From IMG/VR virus record IMGVR_UViG_3300041405_000400: a stretch of 20,000 nucleotides of DNA, one strand, 5' to 3'. The position numbers were made by a program, and so were the translations under genes. The stretch is from an uncultured virus (IMG/VR IMGVR_UViG_3300041405_000400). Its lineage: Duplodnaviria > Heunggongvirae > Uroviricota > Caudoviricetes. Position 1 is the first letter of the stretch. Every line of letters starts with the position of its first letter. Below the pieces are notes generated by a model, which ran no database searches, was not told where the DNA came from, and worked only from the letters and a program-made list of their open reading frames with translations. Shown in pieces: positions 1-7,789 of the stretch.

Positions 1-112
1 CCCAGCCTGGAACCTCTTGCATGCTTTCTTCAACAGCATCCATGGTGCTTTTGCAGGTGTATGGCAAAAGCTCGCCAAGATCGTTCACAACAGCGGCGCA
101 GAGTTTATTCAT
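1..112 (-). CDS. Hypothetical protein, N-terminal part (runs off the window)
   Basis: ATG at 112-110 with GAGG RBS (117-121 on minus). Reads MNKLCAAVVNDLGELLPYTCKSTMDAVEESMQEVPGW... with no stop before the window edge. Not in the ORF track. Confidence 0.6.
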   Translation of the reverse strand, partial: MNKLCAAVVNDLGELLPYTCKSTMDAVEESMQEVPGW

Positions 113-129
113 AATATCCTCAAATATGG

Positions 130-151
130 AAAGCGCCCTCTTGGGCGCTTT
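130..151. terminator. Intrinsic terminator hairpin downstream of chaA
   Basis: AAAGCGCCC-TCTT-GGGCGCTTT, a perfect 9-bp inverted repeat 15 nt past the chaA stop. Confidence 0.7.
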
Positions 152-166
152 ATGTTAGCTCTTATT

Positions 167-1336
167 TTATAGGCCCATGAAGCAGAGCATTATGAAGGTC
201 ATAAAGAGCACAAAGTGCGTCATACCTTCGATGGCATTCGTTTCGCCATCACTAACGTTCATGCCTGCTACTACCAAGGTTACAGCGAGCATCAGCCCTT
301 GAGCGGGACTAAGCGCCATATTAATATCTTGATTATTGATAAGTGCAATAACCTCAATAACCGGCACTGTTAGGATGACTGTACACAGGGATGCACCGAG
401 TGCCAAGTTTATCACGACTTGAAATTGGTTTTTCATTGCTGCACGCATGGCGGTCAACAACTCAGGACTGGCGGAGATACCTGCAACGACCAGAGCAGAA
501 ACAATAGGAGGCAGGCCTGTTCCTTCAATACTAACACCCATTGTTTTGGCCATTATTTCTGCAAGAACGCCTGTCCAAATTACACCCACTCCGATCATGA
601 ATATTGAAAGTTTTGTACTTTCGTACTCGGAATCATCAGGACTATCTTCGATTTTTTCGCCAATGAATTTTGCATGCTCTGCTCGTTTCTTTGCCTCATG
701 TTTTTCATAGCTGTAATGAAAGAAATAGCTATGTTCTTTTGTTTGGAGCCTTAGAAATAGGGCATACAGCAAGACCATCGTACAGATAGTGAATACTGAA
801 TATGCCTTCCATTGACCGCCTGGAATGAATGCTGGAACAGCCATTGAAACTGTAACTGCGGTAATAATCATGACAACGTAAACACGACCGGAATCATGGT
901 TATAGATTTGTTCTCCATGTTTAAGCCCGCCAACTAGCGCTGCAATACCCATGAGAGCATTCGTATCCACCATCACCGCTGAAAAAATAACATCGCGAGC
1001 CAACGTAGGTGATGGAGAATGCTGCATAACGATTGCCAAAATGACAACTTCGACCAGCACTGCGGCAAGGGTCAAAATCATGGTTCCGTAGGGGTCTCCT
1101 ACTTTTTCAGCAAGCACTTCGGCGTGGTGTGCAATCCGAACTGGTGTAGCAATAATCGCGCCGACCAAGACGATTGTAGCTATCCCCGAAAATACCTTTC
1201 CATGGCTGATCAGCATATGCTCCATCGGATATGCGATCAGTGCCAATAGCGCGGATAGAATAATCAACTTCTCATTGATGATTCGTTGATAAATCGATGG
1301 TGCTACCCCCAGGATAGGGGTGTTGGCGGTATGCAT
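167..1336 (-). CDS. chaA: Ca2+(Na+,K+)/H+ antiporter, CaCA family (ChaA-like)
   Basis: 389 aa, about 10-11 hydrophobic segments. Family motifs HAEVLAEKVGDPYGTMILTLAAVLVEV, GGLKHGEQ, PELLTA and LALGASL, plus an acidic central loop. Confidence 0.9.
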   Translation of the reverse strand: MHTANTPILGVAPSIYQRIINEKLIILSALLALIAYPMEHMLISHGKVFSGIATIVLVGAIIATPVRIAHHAEVLAEKVGDPYGTMILTLAAVLVEVVILAIVMQHSPSPTLARDVIFSAVMVDTNALMGIAALVGGLKHGEQIYNHDSGRVYVVMIITAVTVSMAVPAFIPGGQWKAYSVFTICTMVLLYALFLRLQTKEHSYFFHYSYEKHEAKKRAEHAKFIGEKIEDSPDDSEYESTKLSIFMIGVGVIWTGVLAEIMAKTMGVSIEGTGLPPIVSALVVAGISASPELLTAMRAAMKNQFQVVINLALGASLCTVILTVPVIEVIALINNQDINMALSPAQGLMLAVTLVVAGMNVSDGETNAIEGMTHFVLFMTFIMLCFMGL

Positions 1337-1359
1337 TTTATGTCCTTTGTGTTGGATGC

Positions 1360-2400
1360 TTACTTGGATTTTGTGTTTTCGTATGCGGTTTTGATGTCTG
1401 CAACAATCGTGTCTTGATCGGTGTTCATGACATAGCCTTCAAATTCACTCTTTGAAGCAAATCGCGCTTTGAATTGGGTGATGAAATCACCCAGCTCCTT
1501 GCGCTCATAGCCAGTGATCTCACTGATCAGATGGCCATTGAATTTTTGCTGGCAGTCCTTCTGGCGTTGAATATCCGAAAAGATCGCGTCAAACTCAACC
1601 CTGGCAGCCGGGAATAGCTGCCACAGGTTTTCCCTCAGCGCCTGACTGTAGGGAAACCAGTTAAAGCGCTTGTGTTTTTCCGGGTGAGCATCCACCCATT
1701 CAATGAAATTCATGTAGCCTGGGCGCTTGAGAACGCCTTTGCGGTCGGCCTCGTTCAGGCGATCAAGACTGAAGACTTTAGGGTGAAAGCCTTTCCACTC
1801 GGAGAAAAATTCGTAGATTTCTTCAAGGTTGTTGAAGCCTTGGCTCCAGCGGTCAGCATCCAGGCACAGGTACTCCAGAGCGACTTTGAAGTCTCGGGTG
1901 AGCATCACCCTTCCCAGCTTGTTAGTGCCTTGCTTGACGCTGTAGGAAAGCCCATTGATGCCGATGCTTAGGCCCATCCGCGACGTGACTCGCAACAGAA
2001 TGGTCGATACGTCATTCCACGACAGGTAGCTCACCGCAAATTGCAGTGCTTCGTCCTTTACGCAGATCAGATCAAGCTGATAGGCCTTTTCACCGTCGAG
2101 CAGTACGCAGTTCGCCATATTGCCGAATTTGCGAAACTCGATCTTTTCAACGCCCAGCTCTTTGGCCAGACGATTCACCAGCTTGTCCAGATTGCCACCA
2201 AAGCTGTCATGCGGCACTACGACATCGATATCGCCGTGGTCAGTCTTGTCCCGGCAGCTTGGCACCAGCACCGCTGATTCGGTAGAACCCAAAGACTTCA
2301 GGGCCGCGTTGATGGCCTCCAGCGCCTGAGTGGACACACGCTCGTACGTGGCTTGATCCAGTCGGGAAACGCCGTATTTTTGAAGTGCCTTGCCGCCCAT
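1360..2400 (-). CDS. Pol-beta-superfamily nucleotidyltransferase-like protein (phage/megaplasmid type)
   Basis: 346 aa starting MGGKAL. Has PSCRDKTDHGDIDVVV (DxD metal motif) and a third acidic site in YQLDLI. The C-terminal KFNGHLISEITGYERKELG is helical. Confidence 0.65.
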   Translation of the reverse strand: MGGKALQKYGVSRLDQATYERVSTQALEAINAALKSLGSTESAVLVPSCRDKTDHGDIDVVVPHDSFGGNLDKLVNRLAKELGVEKIEFRKFGNMANCVLLDGEKAYQLDLICVKDEALQFAVSYLSWNDVSTILLRVTSRMGLSIGINGLSYSVKQGTNKLGRVMLTRDFKVALEYLCLDADRWSQGFNNLEEIYEFFSEWKGFHPKVFSLDRLNEADRKGVLKRPGYMNFIEWVDAHPEKHKRFNWFPYSQALRENLWQLFPAARVEFDAIFSDIQRQKDCQQKFNGHLISEITGYERKELGDFITQFKARFASKSEFEGYVMNTDQDTIVADIKTAYENTKSK

Positions 2401-2432
2401 TGGGTGACTCCGAATGCTTGATTTAGTCTGCT

Positions 2433-2460
2433 ATTATACCCCTCCATCATTTTTTGTCAA
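2433..2460 (-). promoter_or_regulatory. Sigma70-type promoter for the nucleotidyltransferase-chaA unit
   Basis: Minus strand TTGACA (2460-2455), 16 nt, TATAAT (2438-2433). Confidence 0.75.
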
Positions 2461-2573
2461 TGCCAAAAACATAATGAATGGGCTGTCAGCGAGCATTTCA
2501 AATCAGGAGTTGTCTTTGAATGGGCACATTGAGCAATGTACCCCTGTATTCAGCGCTGCCTTTATGATTCCGA

Positions 2574-3680
2574 TCAATCAAACGCCCCGGCGCGATAGAG
2601 TCTTTCCAAATTATGGGCTGACCTAAGGTGCTTCTCCGTGCGATTCAAGAAGCTGCTGATGGAACCATTTCTCAGTGAAAAGCAGCAGTCTGGCCGCACA
2701 TGACGCTGGGTAAGCATGCTGGTTGAGGTGGTGGTAATCAACACCTGGGCAGTTGACTCAAGCGCACGCTGAAAAGTAGACCCAGAGGCTAGATGATGAA
2801 GACCATCCATGTCATCGATGAAGATGAACGATGCCTGCTTGCGCTCTGACTCAGCTGTCTTCATCCAGAAAAAGAAGGTGATCAGCGTCCTTACCCCAAC
2901 TGACGTGTTGCGCAGCAAATTCATGGTTTGGTTGCCGATTCGCTGCCCTATGAATGCTTCGCCGTCCAAATTTTCTGCGGTCAAGCGGTAGCTCAGCCCG
3001 CACTCACCCAGGAACGAGACTAGCTCATCGAGCCAGCCATTTTTCAGGATAGCGGCGCCAAGGTCTCTTTTCCCCTGGGTAAACCCAATGTAAGAATTGA
3101 CATCGACCGCGCTGAAATACAGCATATTTTCTACGGAGCTGATAAATTTCTTAAAGCATTCATTCGCTGGGTTTTTTTCGAGCAGCGAGTTTTTGTGAAT
3201 GTATGAGGCGATTGAAATGGTAGAGCTGGAAAGATCTCGCTTCAAGTGCTCGGCACCATCTGCGAGGATGGTGGCGTTTCCACCAAAACGGCGATCAACT
3301 TCCGCGTAAAGGCCCCCATCGATTATTATGCGTTCGTACACGAGATCTCCTGATGCTGAACGAGCGTACGCATAGGTCAGATCCTGGTGATCAAATCGGA
3401 ATTGATAGGTGAATTCCATCATCTCAGTCCCACTGCCGAGGCTCATGTCAGAATCGTGGCTGCCAATTACGTGACTATTCGTAAGGTGGCGAGTCAGGTC
3501 GAAAATCGCCATTCCCAAAGCGGTTTTTCCTGCACCTGAGTTGGCGAGGACAATGCCAGTCTTCACCAGCCGATTCGTAACCGACGCCTCGCTGAAATCT
3601 TGGCGACCCACAGCGCCGAAGTCCAAAAACAACATTTCATCAAAGCATCGAAATCCGGTCACGCTGAAATAATGGAGCAT
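2574..3680 (-). CDS. ABC-superfamily/AAA_21 (AbiEii-like) ATPase with degenerate motifs
   Basis: N-terminal FSVTGFRCF, Walker A-like ANSGAGKT, signature-like SVGVR, Walker B FIFIDD, QVLITTT, RPDC and C-terminal LRSAHNLERLYRAGAF. Confidence 0.8.
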   Translation of the reverse strand: MLHYFSVTGFRCFDEMLFLDFGAVGRQDFSEASVTNRLVKTGIVLANSGAGKTALGMAIFDLTRHLTNSHVIGSHDSDMSLGSGTEMMEFTYQFRFDHQDLTYAYARSASGDLVYERIIIDGGLYAEVDRRFGGNATILADGAEHLKRDLSSSTISIASYIHKNSLLEKNPANECFKKFISSVENMLYFSAVDVNSYIGFTQGKRDLGAAILKNGWLDELVSFLGECGLSYRLTAENLDGEAFIGQRIGNQTMNLLRNTSVGVRTLITFFFWMKTAESERKQASFIFIDDMDGLHHLASGSTFQRALESTAQVLITTTSTSMLTQRHVRPDCCFSLRNGSISSFLNRTEKHLRSAHNLERLYRAGAFD

Positions 3681-3724
3681 AGCTAGATTCTCAAGATTTT
3701 ATGGCATTCAAAAAGTGTTGCCTT

Positions 3725-3754
3725 ATGGTACGCATCCAAATGACACATTGTCAA
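3725..3754 (-). promoter_or_regulatory. Possible sigma70 promoter for the ATPase gene
   Basis: Minus strand TTGACA (3754-3749), 18 nt, TACCAT (3730-3725). Confidence 0.45.
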
Positions 3755-3803
3755 TGTTATTGACTGCATTTGAACTCTAGGTTTTTGGAAGGCTGCTGCT
3801 GAC

Positions 3804-4607
3804 TCAGGGCTTCCCAGCTCCGTTAATGTAGGTGTCGTAAGCTGCCAGAAACCCAGGTCGATACTCGGCAACATCGCCTTGTAGGTGGTCTTCAATTGTA
3901 TCTTGTATCTTGGCATTCCAAAGCATATCGCGATAAGCATTGGAAAATTCATAGGCCAAAAACATTCTATTCACACATTTGAATTTTTCAATGTCGTAGA
4001 TCAATTCGCCAACGCTGGTGATATGGGTGATCGCCACCCTATTCCCGTTGATAAGTTCAATGGTTCGAGGCTTAGTTAGCTTCCCAATTTGCAGCCTAAC
4101 AGGTCTATGCATTTCTTCTTCAGAAAACTCATAACCCCAATCATAACGTTGGCCGCTTTTGCTTTTAATTTTATTTATTTCAGAAAATTTGAAGTTCTTT
4201 TCAGTTCGTTCCATACCATCAATATCAAACCTGAAGTACTTCGAGTTATGTTGCTTCTTCTCTACCCAAAATAGTCGATTCACAAGCTCTGCCAAAACAG
4301 TTTCATTCCGGTAATTTTTGACATGTTCTACAGTGTCAAAATCCGTTAGAAATTCAACCGTGTGCCGTGGATTGTTGAGCCATTCGTTGGTGGGAGTGGT
4401 AATCGTTCGGGCATCTACAGGCGAATAGCTACCGGCTTGATTGGTCTCAAAACTTAGAATGATCCCGTCTAGTCCGTTATTCTGATAGACATCGTTTTTC
4501 TCGGAAGTGTACCAAGTCACCGTTTTTTTGAATGGGTTACCATCCTTAAGACTTGTGACTTTAATGGTCGTTGCTGGAGGAATGTCACGTACGTCTGAAA
4601 TTTTCAT
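3804..4607 (-). CDS. Hypothetical protein (AT-rich gene)
   Basis: 267-aa ORF with GGGA RBS. Visibly more AT-rich than its neighbours. No recognisable motif. Confidence 0.75.
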   Translation of the reverse strand: MKISDVRDIPPATTIKVTSLKDGNPFKKTVTWYTSEKNDVYQNNGLDGIILSFETNQAGSYSPVDARTITTPTNEWLNNPRHTVEFLTDFDTVEHVKNYRNETVLAELVNRLFWVEKKQHNSKYFRFDIDGMERTEKNFKFSEINKIKSKSGQRYDWGYEFSEEEMHRPVRLQIGKLTKPRTIELINGNRVAITHITSVGELIYDIEKFKCVNRMFLAYEFSNAYRDMLWNAKIQDTIEDHLQGDVAEYRPGFLAAYDTYINGAGKP

Positions 4608-4620
4608 TGGCGATCCCTGA

Positions 4621-4824
4621 TTAGCAGAAGGGTGCTATCGATGGAATATCGAAATGGATTGGACTGTCAGACGATGGGCTGCCGGTGCTTTTCTTCTTAT
4701 CTGACTTTTTCTTCTGGTTTTTTTCGGAGGCGATTTTGCTCGACGTGGTGTTGGTGTAATTGCTTGAAGTGCCAGATGGTTCAGGTACATCAAAACCGAA
4801 ATCAATTTCCATGGTTTGTCTCAC
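4621..4824 (-). CDS. Small low-complexity Ser/Lys-rich hypothetical protein
   Basis: 67-aa ORF (the start may be the internal Met in MEIDFGFD) that ends 13 nt before the next start. Confidence 0.45.
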   Translation of the reverse strand: MRQTMEIDFGFDVPEPSGTSSNYTNTTSSKIASEKNQKKKSDKKKSTGSPSSDSPIHFDIPSIAPFC

Positions 4825-4905
4825 TGTGTTATTAGGAATTCATGTGATTGGGCATGAGTAACGGAGGGCGCAACAATTAATTATTGTGAGCCCCAATACG
4901 TGGAC

Positions 4906-5097
4906 TCAGGCATTATCTTTGGATGGGTATTGCTTGTTGAAGGCGGCAATCATCGCCTCACTGCCCTTCTCAGCTAGCAATTTTCTCGCCCCCAACAAAA
5001 CTGGATCATCATCCTGGACGACAGAAGGGATCTCAAGCACGGTGTAAGGCCCGCGTTGTACGGCCTTGATCATTGCTTTTGGTTCATTATTTTCCAT
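4906..5097 (-). CDS. Hypothetical protein
   Basis: 63-aa ORF whose start overlaps the stop of the upstream ORF, suggesting translational coupling. Confidence 0.65.
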   Translation of the reverse strand: MENNEPKAMIKAVQRGPYTVLEIPSVVQDDDPVLLGARKLLAEKGSEAMIAAFNKQYPSKDNA

Positions 5098-5518
5098 AAC
5101 TGGCCCACGCAGGTTGAATCGCGATGATGGTGTAGTGGCAACTCAAGGCGTCACCGATGGAGTGTGAAAATGCGCGCCATCCTTTACGGTTGGAGCCATC
5201 GTGATCAGGCTCATCGCCGTAATCGGTTTCTTTCAACCAGATTGTCGCCAGTTGTGCTGCGCCAAAAGGATTGATGTCTCGGCCAAGTGGTTCTGAATGC
5301 CGGTCTTCATGCCAGAGAAAGATCATGGTAGGCACGCCATCGGCGTCCTCAATCAACCGTGTCATGTGATCGTTGGTGGGAATACCGAAGTGTCGGGTCT
5401 TCTCCTTGAGCTTGGCATAACGAACGTGAGCCGCTTTGCCGCCCGTCATGGCCAAGCGGATGACCAATTCAAGTTCTTGGTCGCCGATTGAGGTTACATC
5501 GATAGAAAGGTTATCCAA
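5087..5518 (-). CDS. Hypothetical protein, phage-like
   Basis: 143 aa, TTG start with AGGT RBS. The C-terminal PDHDGSNRKGWRAF...IIAIQPAWASYGK looks like a conserved family motif. Confidence 0.7.
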   Translation of the reverse strand: MDNLSIDVTSIGDQELELVIRLAMTGGKAAHVRYAKLKEKTRHFGIPTNDHMTRLIEDADGVPTMIFLWHEDRHSEPLGRDINPFGAAQLATIWLKETDYGDEPDHDGSNRKGWRAFSHSIGDALSCHYTIIAIQPAWASYGK

Positions 5519-5547
5519 TGGAGCTACCTGTTCAATGTGAAGAAAAT

Positions 5548-5576
5548 AAAAAAAGACCCGTCAGTGCGGGTCTTTT
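5548..5576 (-). terminator. Intrinsic terminator of the large ncRNA candidate
   Basis: AAAAGACCCG-TCAGTG-CGGGTCTTTT hairpin, with a 7-nt U tract on the minus strand (5554-5548). Confidence 0.85.
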
Positions 5577-6100
5577 GGTCGAAGCCTTCCCGCCAGCTTC
5601 GTATTTTATCTAACATTCAGTCCTTCAGGCGTCTTAGCGGCTACGCCACCATTGGATCGGCTGTCGTTCTGGTGTCGCGGGTAACTCTGTTCGCGCATAG
5701 AGGCTTTGCCGACTCCGGCTCCGCCTTTGGGTATCGCTACTTGAAGCTGATTAGTGCCTCCGACAACCAAGATTCCGGTCTCTCAGTTGTTTTCGAGCTT
5801 CGAATTCCACAGGAACATGTGGATTTAATTCGACTGGGGCGTGACACGCAACAGGTCAAAACCTGCTGGATCATCTCTCTGCTATCCTGCGCACCTTCGA
5901 CTCACAGGAGTGGTAGTCCCTCTGACCGCATTTGCCAGAGCCTATCTGCTAAACACATGGAATCATCCAGGTGTTGCTGGTCTGCTAGGTCAGCACAGCG
6001 TTGACCTCATTACCACTCCCAGCCGTCGCCATGGAGTTTACGACCCTTGGCAGGGATTGACGGCAAAACATCCAGCCATCAACCATCTGTTTCCTGCTTG
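5548..6100 (-). ncRNA. Large (~550 nt) structured non-coding RNA candidate
   Basis: Own promoter (6107-6135) and terminator (5548-5576). No minus-strand ORF of 60 aa or more. More than 12 complementary segment pairs, including long-range 5865-5871/6070-6076, 5907-5915/6011-6019 and 5617-5627/5742-5750. Confidence 0.75.
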
Positions 6101-6106
6101 GATTAC

Positions 6107-6135
6107 AATATATCGCTCAGAACATCGCCTGTCAA
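6107..6135 (-). promoter_or_regulatory. Sigma70-type promoter driving the large ncRNA candidate
   Basis: Minus strand TTGACA (6135-6130), 17 nt, TATATT (6112-6107), with an AT-rich UP-like tract at about 6138-6162. Confidence 0.75.
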
Positions 6136-6223
6136 TGTTTATGTTTTATTATTTATAAAAATCTGCGATTACGTTGCATCGCGAATAGCGTCTGGTCTTT
6201 AACCATGGCGACTGCTTGAACGC

Positions 6224-6577
6224 TTATTTCTTTTCAGGATCGCAGAAGCTGGCAACTTCAATGTCATAATCGCCAGTTTTTTCATTTTTGACGATGGATT
6301 TCAGATACTGCTGACAATACACAGGTCTGTCGTTCTGGGTGGAACGGATCTTATACAGCTTCAGACGTTTTCCGGCCACGTCTCCCTCAATAAAAGAGAC
6401 GTTATTCAGTGCGGGAGCGCTGTTAATTTCTAGCCCTGGGGTGGCGGGTGCCAATGCAGGTGTTGCTGCTTGAACTTCAGGTGCCTGTCGGTTCTGATGA
6501 GCACAGCCGGATAATGTGAGCACCAAAAACGCGGCACTTAGGATTGTGATTGATTTTGAACTGCGTAAATTTAACAT
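6224..6577 (-). CDS. Putative lipoprotein
   Basis: Basic N-terminus, hydrophobic stretch and lipobox LSGC, followed by an Ala/Pro linker. GAGGA RBS. Two further Cys could form a disulfide. Confidence 0.8.
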   Translation of the reverse strand: MLNLRSSKSITILSAAFLVLTLSGCAHQNRQAPEVQAATPALAPATPGLEINSAPALNNVSFIEGDVAGKRLKLYKIRSTQNDRPVYCQQYLKSIVKNEKTGDYDIEVASFCDPEKK

Positions 6578-6601
6578 CTTTATTCCTCTAAGTTATTTGT
6601 A

Positions 6602-7198
6602 CTACATTCCGCTAATTACGAAAAGTGGATCGAAAAATACCGTTCTGATTTTGTAATCGATGTGTTCGTCATACAAATGTCCCAAATAGATCGGGCTGAT
6701 TTGATTGATGACCGTATGCAACTGCTTGATGTGCTCAAGGCCATTATTTTTTACATCGTCTGGCAATTCCCAGGCAGTCGCGATCTTGATGAACGCTGCT
6801 TCTGTTTGGGTTTGATCGCAAAAAAGAGGAATGCCATGAGTTGACTCAACTATTTGTTTGTTGAGCCAGCTGAAAATATCGGATTGTGATTCCGTGTCAG
6901 TATTCGTGGGCTTGGGGTGCTGATACTGAAGCCAGAAGGTTGAAATCAGGCTACCGTTGTCGATATGCATATCTAGACACAGACTGTATCGCGTATCAAA
7001 AAGCGTGATCCCATCACCATCAAAGCGATCAAGATTTTTACTTTCGCCCAAAAACATATCCAAGGTGAAATAGCTGCAACTATCTTCATCCAAATCGGTG
7101 GAACTGGTGCCTTTCAGTGAATCAAAAAGCGCTTGATGATCATTGATGAGCATTCGAAGATATTGATGTGCAGACATTCTGGACTTCATGTGACCCAC
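6602..7198 (-). CDS. Hypothetical protein
   Basis: 198-aa acidic ORF (the start may be a downstream Met). No confident family assignment. Confidence 0.7.
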   Translation of the reverse strand: MGHMKSRMSAHQYLRMLINDHQALFDSLKGTSSTDLDEDSCSYFTLDMFLGESKNLDRFDGDGITLFDTRYSLCLDMHIDNGSLISTFWLQYQHPKPTNTDTESQSDIFSWLNKQIVESTHGIPLFCDQTQTEAAFIKIATAWELPDDVKNNGLEHIKQLHTVINQISPIYLGHLYDEHIDYKIRTVFFDPLFVISGM

Positions 7199-7225
7199 CT
7201 TGGGTTTTGGTATTTTCGTGGTTAC

Positions 7226-7250
7226 AAAAAAGCCCCATTACGGGGCTTTT
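7226..7250 (-). terminator. Intrinsic terminator
   Basis: AAAAAAGCCCC-ATTAC-GGGGCTTTT, with a U6 tract on the minus strand. Confidence 0.8.
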
Positions 7251-7308
7251 GGGACGAGCGGCATGTTGTCATGGTGTAGCAGACAGATGCTCGTTCAGCA
7301 CTGTGTGA

Positions 7309-7608
7309 TCAGGCAGCACTCGACTGGGAGTTTTGAGCAAAGATTTCACGAACACGACCCACGATGGCCTGAGTGAAATGCTTCAGCGGCTGATCCTTGT
7401 AGGCATCTGCCAGCGGCATGCCATCGGCTTCCAGGCCCAGCGAGACGGACAGGCCGGTGTAGAACTTGCGTTCCTTCTCTTCGGACATGCCGTAGGTGGC
7501 TTGCCAGTATTGACGGCCAGCCATGATGTCTTCGACGATGGTGACTTCTTTTGCTGAGGCGTTGCGGTAAAATTCACTGGCGCGTTGTTTGTCGGCAGCA
7601 GATTTCAT
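7309..7608 (-). CDS. Hypothetical protein
   Basis: 99 aa, AAGGGA RBS, GC3-rich codon usage. Has its own promoter and terminator. Confidence 0.8.
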   Translation of the reverse strand: MKSAADKQRASEFYRNASAKEVTIVEDIMAGRQYWQATYGMSEEKERKFYTGLSVSLGLEADGMPLADAYKDQPLKHFTQAIVGRVREIFAQNSQSSAA

Positions 7609-7733
7609 GTAGTGTTCCCTTGAGCGGATTCTGTAATGGTAGCGTCAGGATATTCTGACGCATGATTGGGTAATTCGTTGTCTTCCGATGTCAGCGGGAT
7701 GGCTCTATCTGCCTTCTCGCCTTTCGTGTTTCT

Positions 7734-7762
7734 AGTATATTAATACCAGGCCACACTGTCAA
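7734..7762 (-). promoter_or_regulatory. Sigma70-type promoter
   Basis: Minus strand TTGACA (7762-7757), 17 nt, TATACT (7739-7734). Confidence 0.75.
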
Positions 7763-7789
7763 CAGCATATTTCCTATTATTCGATATTA

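Noticed and set aside
5537..6158. Plus-strand ORFs 5537-6004 (155 aa) and 5841-6158 (105 aa)
   Set aside because: GTG starts without a clear RBS and an unnatural Ser/Arg-rich composition. They run through a terminator and a promoter that point the other way. A minus-strand ncRNA explains the region better.
6602..7198. Possible YbjN/type III chaperone-like fold
   Set aside because: Only size, acidity and a vague pattern support it, which is too little to call without a profile search.
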